DNA of 63,110 bases, the filler included, from Licmophora abbreviata (taxonomy: Eukaryota), in the NCBI GenBank assembly GCA_900291995.1. It is 9 parts of 9 records of this genome, joined end to end, with 100 filler letters (N's around TTAATTAATTAA, not from the genome) between each part and the next. Parts side by side here need not be neighbours in the genome. Positions count along the whole stretch, not along the records: positions 39,779 to 53,435 come from OLMU01001071.1; positions 53,536 to 59,109 come from OLMU01001072.1; 7 more parts are not named here. One strand, 5' to 3'. Every line of letters starts with the position of its first letter. Positions within the stretch are counted from its first letter, which is position 1. The position numbers were made by a program, and so were the translations under genes. Positions 49,058 through 58,516 of the stretch are shown here, piece by piece. The notes below the pieces were generated by a model. That model ran no database searches and was not told where the DNA came from. It saw only the letters and a list, made by a program, of their open reading frames with translations.

Positions 49058-50308
49058 ATGCGCTACTCTGCATTTCGGATTCTCCGCGAAGGGCTGACCG
49101 GCAACAAGGGCTGGAAACCCGTCTGGCGCGAACCCGAGCCGAAATCCGAATATGATATCGTCATCGTCGGCGCCGGCGGGCATGGCCTTGCCACCGCCTA
49201 TTATCTCGCCAAGGAATTCGGCCTGACCAATGTGGCCGTTCTGGAAAAGGGCTGGCTTGGCTCGGGCAATATCGGGCGCAACACCACGATCATCCGCTCC
49301 AACTACCTTTTGCCGGGCAACGAGCCATTCTACGAATTCTCGCTCAAGCTCTGGGAAGGGCTGGAGCAGGATTTCAACTACAACGCCATGGTCAGCCAGC
49401 GGTCAATCCTGAACCTGTTTCATACCGATGCGCAGCGCGATGCCTTCGTGCGGCGTGGCAACGCGATGATCCTCGCGGGCGCCGATGCCGAACTGGCCGA
49501 TGCCGCGCAGTTGCGCCGCGAATTGCCGTTCCTCGATTTCGACAATGCCCGCTTCCCGATCAAGGGTGGGCTGTATCAGCGGCGCGGCGGCACGGTGCGC
49601 CACGACGCGGTCGCATGGGGCTATGCGCGCGGCGCCGACGCGCGCGGCGTCGACATCATCCAGAATTGCGAAGTGACCGGCTTCGACATCGAGAACGGCA
49701 CCTGCCGTGGCGTGCAGACCACCCGGGGTGCGATCCGCGCCAAGAAGGTCGCGGTCTGCGTCGCGGGCTCGTCCAGCCGCGTGATGGAGAAAGCGGGCAT
49801 GCGCCTGCCCATCGAAAGCCATGTGCTGCAGGCCTTCGTCACCGAAGGTCTGAAACCCGTGCTGCCCGGCGTCATCACCTTCGGCGCGGGTCACTTCTAT
49901 GTCAGCCAGTCCGACAAGGGCGGTCTGGTCTTCGGCGGTGATATCGACGGCTACAATTCCTACGCGCAGCGCGGCAACCTGCCCGTGGTCGAGGACGTGG
50001 CCGAAGGCGGCATGGCCATCATGCCGATGATCGGCCGCGCCCGCCTCCTGCGCAGCTGGGGCGGGATCATGGACATGTCGATGGACGGCTCTCCCTTCAT
50101 CGACAAGACCCATATCGGCGGGCTCTATTTCAACGGCGGCTGGTGCTACGGCGGCTTCAAGGCCACACCCGCCAGCGGCTTTTGCTACGCGCATCTTCTG
50201 GCCCGCGACACGCCGCACCCCACCGCCACCCAGATGCGGCTCGACCGCTTCATGACCGGCAACATGATCGACGAGAAGGGGCAGGGCAACCAGCCCAACC
50301 TGCATTAA
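49058..50308 (+). CDS. soxB: Sarcosine oxidase subunit beta
   Basis: GAGGHGLATAYYLA, GRNTTIIRSNY, HDAVAWGYA and GGFKATP motifs. Confidence 0.95.
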   Translation: MRYSAFRILREGLTGNKGWKPVWREPEPKSEYDIVIVGAGGHGLATAYYLAKEFGLTNVAVLEKGWLGSGNIGRNTTIIRSNYLLPGNEPFYEFSLKLWEGLEQDFNYNAMVSQRSILNLFHTDAQRDAFVRRGNAMILAGADAELADAAQLRRELPFLDFDNARFPIKGGLYQRRGGTVRHDAVAWGYARGADARGVDIIQNCEVTGFDIENGTCRGVQTTRGAIRAKKVAVCVAGSSSRVMEKAGMRLPIESHVLQAFVTEGLKPVLPGVITFGAGHFYVSQSDKGGLVFGGDIDGYNSYAQRGNLPVVEDVAEGGMAIMPMIGRARLLRSWGGIMDMSMDGSPFIDKTHIGGLYFNGGWCYGGFKATPASGFCYAHLLARDTPHPTATQMRLDRFMTGNMIDEKGQGNQPNLH

Positions 50309-50322
50309 CAAAGGCACGACAG

Positions 50323-50610
50323 ATGATCATCGACCACCCCCTTCTCGGTCCCCGCGACGCCGCCGAATTCGTCTATCTGGGCGATGTGTCGCTGATCGAC
50401 CGTCCCGATTGGCAGGCCGAAGACGCGATGCAGCGTTTCCACGAATACGGCTATCTGCGTGACAACCCCGCCGGTCTGCACCGCGAGCTCTGGTATCACG
50501 AACAGGGCGACCGCTCGTGGCTTGTCGTGACCCGCGACACCGTCACACACCAGATCACATCGGTCGAACTGGCCCGCGACGTGGCCCGCCAACGGGGGCG
50601 CAGCAAATGA
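50323..50610 (+). CDS. soxD: Sarcosine oxidase subunit delta
   Basis: GPRDAAEF, YLRDNPAG and RDTVTH motifs. Confidence 0.9.
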   Translation: MIIDHPLLGPRDAAEFVYLGDVSLIDRPDWQAEDAMQRFHEYGYLRDNPAGLHRELWYHEQGDRSWLVVTRDTVTHQITSVELARDVARQRGRSK

Positions 50611-53556
50611 GCCAGAAAAACCGCATCGCCAACGGTCAGGTCGACCGTGCCACCGAACTCAGCTTCCGCTTCAACGACACCTGGATGAAGGGCCATCCCG
50701 GCGACACGCTCGCCTCCGCGCTTCTGGCCAACGGTCAGCGCCTCGTGGGCCGCTCGTTCAAGTATCACCGCCCGCGCGGCATCCTCACCGCCGGCTCCGA
50801 GGAACCCAACGCGCTGGTGCAACTGCGCTCCGGTGCCCATCAGGAGCCGAACACCCGCGCCACCACGGTCGAGCTTTTCGAGGGCCTGACCGCCACCAGC
50901 CAGAACCATCGCGGCTCGCTCGAGTTCGATCTGATGGCCGTGACCGACCTTCTGTCGCCCTTCCTCTCGGCGGGCTTCTACTACAAGACCTTCATGTGGC
51001 CGCGCGCCTTCTGGGAAAAGCTCTACGAGCCGGTGATCCGCGCCTCGGCGGGCCTTGGCAGCCTGTCGATGAAGGACGACCCCGACCGCTATGACAAGGG
51101 CTTCGCCCATTGCGACCTTCTGGTGATCGGCGCAGGTCCCTCGGGGCTTGCCGCCGCTCTGGCCGCGGGCCGGGCCGGTGCGCGCGTGATCCTCGCTGAC
51201 GAGGATTTCCGCCCCGGTGGCCGCCTCAACGCCGAAACGCTCGAAATCGACGGCATGCGCGGCGCCGATTGGGCCGCAGGCGTGGTGGCCGAACTGGCCG
51301 CGATGGACAATGTCCGTCTGATGACCCGCACCACGGTCTATGGCGCCTACGATCACGGCACCTACGGCGCTCTGGAACGCTGCACCGATCATCTGGCCGA
51401 TGCGGGCGGCAAGCCGCGCCAGATCCTCTGGCGGATCTATTCGAAACGCGCCGTGCTGACCGCTGGCGCCACCGAGCGCCCCATCGCCTTTGGCAACAAC
51501 GACCGTCCCGGCATCATGCTGGCCGGGGCCGTGCGCGCCTATCTCAACCGCTACGGCGTGACCCCGGGCCACGAGGTCGCGGTGTTCACCAACAACGACG
51601 ACGGCTGGCGCACCGCCGCCGATCTGGCGGCGCGCGGCGTGCATGTGCCCGCCGTGATCGACAGCCGCGATGCCCCCGCCCCCCTCGATGTGTCGGGTGC
51701 GCGCCATATCCGGGGCGCGGGCGTGGTCGATACCGTGGGCCGCAAGGGGATCAAGTCGATCACCCTCACCGATGGTCAGGTGATCCCCGTCGACTGCCTT
51801 GCCGTCTCAGGCGGCTGGAACCCCAATGTTCACCTCACCTGCCATCAGCGCGGTCGCCCCGTCTGGCGTGAGGATATCAACGCTTTTGTCCCCGGCGATG
51901 CGCTGCCCCCCAGCATGGCCGTCGCCGGTGCCGCCAATGGCGCGCTCACCCTTGCCGCCGCTCTGGCGCAGGGGCAGGCGACCGCCAATGCCCAGATCGA
52001 ACAGCTCGGCTTCACCGCCAGCCACACCGCCACACCCCGCGCCGAGGACGAGCCGCATCGCGGCGCCGCCTTCTGGCATGTGCGCGAGAGCACCAAGCGC
52101 GCCTGGCTCGATCAGCAGAACGACGTGACCGTCAAGGACGTCAAGCAATCCTACCGCGAAGGCTTCCGCGCGGTCGAACATCTCAAGCGCTACACCACGC
52201 TTGGCATGGCCACCGATCAGGGCAAGACCGCCAATATCCCGGCCCTTGCGATCATGGCCGAATGCACCGGCAAGACGATCCCGGAAACCGGCACCACTAT
52301 CTTTCGCCCGCCCTATACGCCCGTGCCCTTGGGCGCGCTTGGGGGCCGGTCCCGTGGCCACGATTTCCGCCCCTTCCGCCTGACGCCCTCGCATCAATGG
52401 GCCAAGGAAAACGGCGCCACCTTCGTCGAGGTGGGCAACTGGCTGCGCGCCCAGTGGTATGCCCGCCCCGGTGAACAGGGCTGGCGCGACAGCGTCGACC
52501 GCGAGGTGACGGCCACCCGCAATTGCGTCGGCATCTGCGACGTGACCACCCTTGGCAAGATCGACATTCAGGGTCGCGACGCGGGCGAGTTTCTCAACCG
52601 CATCTATTGCAACGGCTTCGCCACGCTGGCCGTGGGCAAGGTCCGCTACGGGCTGATGCTGCGCGAGGATGGCATCGCCTATGACGACGGCACCACCGCG
52701 CGGATGTCCGAAAATCACTACGTGATGACCACCACCACCGCCAACGCCGTGCTGGTCTTCCGCCGCCTTGAATTCGCGCGCCAGTGCCTCTGGCCCGATC
52801 TCGATGTGCACCTGATCTCGACCACCGATGGCTGGGCGCAATTCGCCGTCGCCGGTCCCAATGCCCGCAACCTCCTGCGCAAGGTGATCGACGCCGAGCA
52901 TGACATCTCGAACGAGGCGTTCCCCTTCATGGCCTGCGGCGAGGTGACGGTCTGCGGCGGCACGCCCGCGCGGCTCTTCCGGATCTCCTTCTCGGGGGAA
53001 CTCGCCTATGAAATCGCTGTGCCCGCGCGCTATGGCAACGCCATGATGGGCGTGCTGATGCAAGCCGGGGCCGAATATGACGCCACCCCCTACGGCACCG
53101 AGGCGCTCAGCGTCATGCGCATCGAAAAGGGCCATGCGGCGGGCAATGAACTCAACGGTCAGACCACCGCGCATAATCTTGGCATGGGCCGTATGGTCAG
53201 CCAGAAGAAAGACAGCATCGGCGCCGTGCTCAGCCAACGCCCCGAGATGATCCGCGACGACGCGATCAAGCTGGTGGGCTTCCGACCGGTCAACCGCGCC
53301 GACAAGCTGGCGGCAGGCTCGCATTTCATCACGCGCGGCGACACGGCCAGCATGGACAACGATCAGGGCTGGATGACCTCGGTGGCCTATTCGCCCTCTC
53401 TGGGCCATTCCATCGGCCTCGGCTTCATCAAGCGCNNNNNNNNNNNNNNNNNNNNNNNNNNNNNNNNNNNNNNNNNNNNTTAATTAATTAANNNNNNNNN
53501 NNNNNNNNNNNNNNNNNNNNNNNNNNNNNNNNNNNGGAGAGCGCCTCCGTGCCTGA
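50607..53556 (+). CDS. soxA: Sarcosine oxidase subunit alpha, spans a gap
   Basis: GRSFKYHRPRG, HLKRYTTLGMATDQGK, DVTTLGKI and SFSGELAYE; ends GERLRA after the gap. Confidence 0.95.
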
Positions 53557-54121
53557 CCTGACCCTCACCCTCACCTCCGCGCCGCCGCTTGCAGGCTATG
53601 ACAGCACCTTCGGCGATCTGCGCCTGACCGCGCCCGCCGATCTGGCGATCGTGTCGCTGGCCCTCCCCCTCGGCGCCGAGGACGCCGCCAAGAAGGCGAT
53701 CAAATCGGCCTATGGCATCGACCTGCCCGATCCGGGGAAATCCGCGGTCTCCAAGGAGGGCGCGCGGCTGGCCCGGCTGGGGCTGGACATGGCTCTGGCT
53801 ATTTTCACCCATGCCACCCCCGATGCCGAACGCGTCGTGGCGGGCAAGCTCAACGGCAAGGTCTACACCACCGATCAGACCGATGTCTGGGCTGGTCTTG
53901 CGCTCAGCGGTCCGCGCGCCCGTGCGGCGCTGGAACGGATCTGCCCGATTGATCTGCACGCCGATGCCTTTGCCGAAAACGATGCCGCACGCACCGTGAT
54001 GGAACATCTGGGCGCGCTCATCATCCGCACCGGGCCGGACGCGTTCCTTCTTCTGTCCGCCAGTTCCTCCGCAGGCTCGTTCCTGCATGCCATCGAAACC
54101 TCGATCGACAACATCACTTAA
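53549..54121 (+). CDS. soxG: Sarcosine oxidase subunit gamma
   Basis: Operon position; TDQTD and LERICPIDL motifs. Confidence 0.88.
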   Translation: MPDLTLTLTSAPPLAGYDSTFGDLRLTAPADLAIVSLALPLGAEDAAKKAIKSAYGIDLPDPGKSAVSKEGARLARLGLDMALAIFTHATPDAERVVAGKLNGKVYTTDQTDVWAGLALSGPRARAALERICPIDLHADAFAENDAARTVMEHLGALIIRTGPDAFLLLSASSSAGSFLHAIETSIDNIT

Positions 54122-54175
54122 GCCAACCACGCGGAATTCAGGGCTCCGTGTCACAACAGGGAAAGGAAGATAACC

Positions 54176-55171
54176 ATGTATCTTGAAAACCTGGAACCAG
54201 CCCCCTCCGCCGCTATCGGCACCAGCAATGCCCGTCGCAGCCTATCAGGCGATTTCGTGTTTCTCAGTCAGGACAGCGGCGTAGCCTATGCCGCCGAAGC
54301 CTGCATCGACGTTCTGCGCTCGGCGAACCGGCTTCTGGGCCACGAGGCCTATGGCTGGACGCATCTGCGCGCCGACGATCACGCCTGTGACGCCGCCCCG
54401 ATCTGCGGCCCCGACCAGACGCTTGTCCTGATCGGCGGCACCGAACATCCTTGGCGCCCCGCCAAATCCCACCTCACCGCCCTGCGCGCCTGCATCCGCA
54501 ACGCCGCCCGCGTCTGCGTCGTCGGCTCCGCCGTCTTCGTGCCCCTCGCCGCCGGCGTTCTGGGCACCAAGCGCCTCGCCGTGCACCCCAATTTCCGCCC
54601 CGGGGTCGAGGAAACGGGCCGTGGTCTGGACCTCGCCCAAGGCGCCACCTGCCACCACAACGCGCTCAGCAGCGCCATCAGCCCCGCCGCCGCCATGCGC
54701 ATGATCGTCGAGCTGGTGGGCGCCCGCGACGGCGAATTCACCCGCGCCGCCCTGTCGCGCTATCTCGGCCTCAGCGAACCCGAGGCCGAAACCGGCGCCG
54801 GCGAACACTGGCGCTACAAGCGCATGGCCCAGGGCGACGAGGTGATCGGCGACGCGCTGCAGATCATGCTCGACCATCTCGAGGATACCCTGACCGTCGG
54901 TCAGATCGCCGGCCTCCTCGACGTCTCCCCCCGCAAGCTCGAACGCGGTTTCCGCGATCTGCTCGAACAAACCCCCCTCAAGGTCTACCGCGACCTGCGG
55001 CTCGATCGCGCCCACAGCCTTCTCGCCCAGACCTCCCTCCCGGTGAACGAGGTCTCCGTCGCCTGCGGCTTTTCCAACGTCACCCTGATGAAGAAATGGT
55101 TCACCCGCAAATACGGCCAAACCCCCGATCAGGTCCGCCGCCACGCCTTTGCCGGCAGCGCCGCCGCCTGA
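54176..55171 (+). CDS. Second GlxA-like AraC regulator (divergent N-terminal domain)
   Basis: LRSANRL, SPRKLERGF, RLDRAHSLL and ACGF motifs. Confidence 0.82.
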   Translation: MYLENLEPAPSAAIGTSNARRSLSGDFVFLSQDSGVAYAAEACIDVLRSANRLLGHEAYGWTHLRADDHACDAAPICGPDQTLVLIGGTEHPWRPAKSHLTALRACIRNAARVCVVGSAVFVPLAAGVLGTKRLAVHPNFRPGVEETGRGLDLAQGATCHHNALSSAISPAAAMRMIVELVGARDGEFTRAALSRYLGLSEPEAETGAGEHWRYKRMAQGDEVIGDALQIMLDHLEDTLTVGQIAGLLDVSPRKLERGFRDLLEQTPLKVYRDLRLDRAHSLLAQTSLPVNEVSVACGFSNVTLMKKWFTRKYGQTPDQVRRHAFAGSAAA

Positions 55172-55270
55172 TCTTCCCCGCTCATGGGCGCGCGCCGGGT
55201 GACGTGCGCCCTTGCCAGCCCCATCCCCCTTTGATTTAACCGGCCCGGACCCAACATACCGGAGGCCGGC

Positions 55271-56563
55271 ATGGTCGACATCGCCACCCGCGTCTACAAT
55301 CACCGCTGGAAGATGGACCCGATCGTCCGCTCCCTGATCGACACCGATTTCTACAAGCTGCTGATGTGCCAGTCGGTCTTTCGCAACAAGCCCGACACCA
55401 TCGTCACCTTCAGCCTCATCAACCGCACCAAATCCGTCCGCCTGGCCGAGCTGATCGACGAGGGCGAGCTTCGCGCGCAACTCGATCACATCCGCTCTCT
55501 CTCGCTCAGCCGGGGGGAATCCACATGGCTGCGGGGCAACACCTTCTATGGCCAACGCCAGATGTTCACCCCCGAATTCATGGAATGGTTCGAGGCCCTC
55601 CGCCTGCCGCCCTACCATCTCGAAAAGCGCGACGGCCAATACGAACTCACCTTCGAAGGCAAATGGCCCGAGGTCATGCTGTGGGAAATTCCCGCGCTCT
55701 CCGTCCTGATGGAGCTGCGCGCCCGCGCCGTTCTCGGCCGTATGGAGAAATTCGAACTGCAGGTGCTCTATGCCCGCGCCATGACCAAGCTGTGGGAAAA
55801 GGTCGAACGCCTGCGTCCGCTCCCCGATCTGCGCATCGCTGATTTCGGCACCCGCCGCCGCCATTCCTTCCTCTGGCAGGACTGGTGCGTGCAGGCCATG
55901 CGCGAGGGTCTGGGCGACGGCTTCGTCGGCACCTCCAACTGCCTGATCGCCAAGAACCGCGACCTTGAGGCGATCGGCACCAACGCCCATGAACTGCCCA
56001 TGGTCTATGCCGCCCTGGCCAAAACCGACGCCGAACTGGCGCAGGCCCCCTACAAGGTGCTGGCCGATTGGCACGAAGAGCATTCGGGCAATCTGCGCAT
56101 CATCCTGCCCGATACATACGGCACCGAAGGGTTCTTGCGCGCCGCGCCCGACTGGCTGGCCGGCTGGACAGGCATCCGCATCGATTCCGGCGATCCGGCG
56201 GCCGGCGCCGAGGTGGCGATCCGCTGGTGGCAGGACCGTGGCGAGGATCCCCGCAAGAAGCTCATCATCTTCTCGGATGGTCTGGACGCCGACAAGATCA
56301 TCGAGCTGCACCGCCGCTTCCATGGCCGCGTCAAACTCAGCTTCGGCTGGGGCACGCTGCTGACCAACGATTTCCGCGGCCTGACCGAGGGCGACGCGCT
56401 CGCGCCCTTCTCGCTGGTCTGCAAGGCGGTCGCCGCCGACGGCTACCCCACCGTCAAACTCTCCGACAACCCCAACAAGGCAATGGGACCGGCTGACGAA
56501 GTCGCCCGCTACAAACGCGTCTTCGGCGTGGGCCAGCAGGAGGCGATGGCGGTTGAGGTTTAG
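55271..56563 (+). CDS. pncB: Nicotinate phosphoribosyltransferase
   Basis: [34 protein letters not shown] and VKLSDN motifs. Confidence 0.96.
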   Translation: MVDIATRVYNHRWKMDPIVRSLIDTDFYKLLMCQSVFRNKPDTIVTFSLINRTKSVRLAELIDEGELRAQLDHIRSLSLSRGESTWLRGNTFYGQRQMFTPEFMEWFEALRLPPYHLEKRDGQYELTFEGKWPEVMLWEIPALSVLMELRARAVLGRMEKFELQVLYARAMTKLWEKVERLRPLPDLRIADFGTRRRHSFLWQDWCVQAMREGLGDGFVGTSNCLIAKNRDLEAIGTNAHELPMVYAALAKTDAELAQAPYKVLADWHEEHSGNLRIILPDTYGTEGFLRAAPDWLAGWTGIRIDSGDPAAGAEVAIRWWQDRGEDPRKKLIIFSDGLDADKIIELHRRFHGRVKLSFGWGTLLTNDFRGLTEGDALAPFSLVCKAVAADGYPTVKLSDNPNKAMGPADEVARYKRVFGVGQQEAMAVEV

Positions 56564-56590
56564 GGCTTGAAAAACATCGACGTTTAGCGA

Positions 56591-57034
56591 GTGTTTTGCT
56601 ACCTAAAGTTGATGTGTAAACAGTTTCTCGTTCAAATCACGGACTCGGATCTCGTAGAACTCCTTTCCGGGCGGCGCCCGGAACTTGAGATCGCTACATT
56701 GCCTCATGAAGTACGATTGCACCTTGGTTGCGCCCGGGACACTGTTTTTCTCTCCAAGGAATCGGCGCGGCACATAATCCTGAGACACGGCGAGCATATT
56801 TCAAACGATGAACTGAAGCTTTTGCCGTGGCTATTGTTTCATGGCCTCTGGTTGGCGGACACACAGCCAACATATGCAGTCGTATCATGTTTTCATGAGG
56901 GGATTGGATACAAAGCAGTGGTCAAGGTCACAAATGACAGACGTCGAACATACGTCACGACCCTGCACCGAACGGCACGTCGCCAAAACAAGGCGCTTAC
57001 CAAAAAAGGGAAGATATTAAGGAAAGCTCTGTAG
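56591..57034 (+). CDS. Lower-GC PBECR/RelE-like (BECR-fold) putative endoribonuclease
   Basis: VFLSKESARHI..RH and YKAVVKVT..RRRTYVTTLHRT with a basic tail, resembling MuF-associated PBECR domains; start uncertain (56591 or 56612). Confidence 0.6.
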   Translation: MFCYLKLMCKQFLVQITDSDLVELLSGRRPELEIATLPHEVRLHLGCARDTVFLSKESARHIILRHGEHISNDELKLLPWLLFHGLWLADTQPTYAVVSCFHEGIGYKAVVKVTNDRRRTYVTTLHRTARRQNKALTKKGKILRKAL

Positions 57035-57160
57035 TTGGTTGCCATGCGGTGGGGCCTGCCATGAACCCCACAATGCGCTACCACTCGCAAGTGGTGCTAC
57101 GGCCGGCAGAATTTCACCGTGTCGCACATGGCTGATGCGCTGGTATGCGGACCAACTACA
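57030..57160 (+). ncRNA. Putative structured, pseudoknotted RNA directly downstream of the nuclease-like gene
   Basis: Stems TGTAGTTGGT/ACCAACTACA, GCCATG/CATGGC, GTGGGG/CCCCAC, ACCACT/AGTGGT and ACGG/CCGT; loop CTGCC complementary to GGCAG. Confidence 0.55.
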
Positions 57161-57400
57161 CGTTGAATTCTTACCAAAAAATGCTCGCAACGTCAAAGTG
57201 AAAGCGTTGATTTACGTAAGAGAGTCAATAACTTACTAACCCTTTGGCAAGACTCACTTTTTCAAATTCTATCCACAGATTTCAAGAGATATCCACAGTT
57301 TTTACCAAGTAAGCGTTGCAGTATTTTTGTCCCTTGATGCGTAAAATATAAAAACTGCTTTGTCGCAAATACCTAAGTCCCCACCGTAATATGCCGCGAC

Positions 57401-57445
57401 TTAAACGATGTTGGGGGATAACCACATATCCTCCAGTCGGTCACA
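57401..57445 (-). pseudogene. Possible remnant of a parE toxin 5' end
   Basis: Reads DRLEDMW right after the antitoxin stop (ParE N-termini have ADLEDIW-like segments), then stops. Confidence 0.4.
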
Positions 57446-57683
57446 TTGATCGATTACGCATCTCCGCCAGAAACTCATCGAAATCGAAGGGTTCCGGTGG
57501 TCCGCTCGCCTCGCCCTCGGCGATCGCCGCCCGAAGCCGCTCCAGCTTTTCCTCTTCCATTTCCAACATCCGCAACCCCGCACGCACCACGTCGCTGGCC
57601 GAGGCATAGCGCCCACTTTCCACCGCACGGGTTATGAAATCGTTAAAGTGATCGCTCAAAACGACCGAGGTGTTGCGCGCCAT
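57441..57683 (-). CDS. parD: ParD-like ribbon-helix-helix antitoxin (CC2985 family)
   Basis: NTSVVLSDHF...SGRYASASDVVRAGLRMLE...EGEASG...FDFDEF; AAGGAG RBS. Confidence 0.88.
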   Translation of the reverse strand: MARNTSVVLSDHFNDFITRAVESGRYASASDVVRAGLRMLEMEEEKLERLRAAIAEGEASGPPEPFDFDEFLAEMRNRSM

Positions 57684-57729
57684 GGCCTGTCTCCTTCGTT
57701 ACCCAATATACCAATCCTTGGTACCCGGC

Positions 57730-58149
57730 TCAATCCTCCCCCTCGATCTTCCCGCGCATCGCCTTCACCTCGCCGCGTACCTTCTTGGCCTTCAGCCGCC
57801 GCTTCTTCGATCCCAGCGTCGGCCGTGTGGCCACCCGCCGCTTGGGCGCCACCAGCGCCTTGCGGATCAGCTCTGCCAGCCGTTCGCGGGCGATCTCGCG
57901 GTTGCGGGCCTGAGAGCGCGTCTCCTCCACCTGGATAATAACCGCGCCCTCCTTGGTCCAGCGCCGTCCTGCCAGCCGTTGTAAGCGCCGTTTGACAACA
58001 TCCGGTAAATGCGGCGACCGCTCGGCCTCGAACCGCAACTCTACCGCCGTCGAGACCTTGTTGACATTCTGCCCCCCCGGCCCGCTGGCGCGGATGAACT
58101 GTTCGGTCAATTCCCAGTCCTCGATGGTGATCGTGTCGGTGATCTTCAT
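57730..58149 (-). CDS. arfB: Alternative ribosome-rescue peptidyl-tRNA hydrolase
   Basis: ASGPGGQNVNKV, RSQARNR and a basic C-terminal tail. Confidence 0.95.
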   Translation of the reverse strand: MKITDTITIEDWELTEQFIRASGPGGQNVNKVSTAVELRFEAERSPHLPDVVKRRLQRLAGRRWTKEGAVIIQVEETRSQARNREIARERLAELIRKALVAPKRRVATRPTLGSKKRRLKAKKVRGEVKAMRGKIEGED

Positions 58150-58167
58150 GCGGTCTTTCGCAGGCAG

Positions 58168-58253
58168 TTGTGTACGGGATGGACACAAATTCGTCCCTCG
58201 GGTCCGAATTTCGTCCTGAACGCGGGGTGGTTTCGTACGGATCGTACCAAATC
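58168..58253. repeat. Second copy of the dispersed repeat at 21572-21658
   Basis: Identical 25-mer core and similar tail. Confidence 0.85.
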
Positions 58254-58254
58254 C

Positions 58255-58283
58255 AAAGGGCCGTTCCGATCCCGGAACGGCCC
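58255..58283 (-). terminator. Intrinsic terminator
   Basis: GGGCCGTTCCG-N4-CGGAACGGCCC perfect 11-bp stem, followed by TTT on the minus strand. Confidence 0.7.
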
Positions 58284-58352
58284 CCTAAAGGCTAGCGAAG
58301 GTGGCCCGGTTAGGACGCACCAATTCGGGGGATCATCGCCCCAGGGACTGCC

Positions 58353-58409
58353 CTAGGACGCACCCTCCCAAACTGTTCCGGCACCTCGCTCCAAATCCTT
58401 TATAGACAC
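58353..58409 (-). CDS. Putative 18-aa sORF (MSIKDLERGAGTVWEGAS) within a small transcript
   Basis: GTG start 7 nt after AGGAGG in AAAGGAGGTGGTCCA; TTGACA at 58473-58468 upstream; terminator downstream. Confidence 0.5.
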   Translation of the reverse strand: MSIKDLERGAGTVWEGAS

Positions 58410-58516
58410 TGGACCACCTCCTTTCGCTTTGTTGAACTTATCCCCAGCCTGCCACAGATTTTCGGCGTGTCAAAACAAAATGCGGTAGGGCATGAGAATT
58501 TTTCCGCAGGATATGG

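Noticed and set aside
58409..58425. 16S rRNA gene fragment
   Set aside because: The match is limited to the 17-nt anti-SD tail with no other rRNA sequence; it is better read as an extended SD on the opposite strand.
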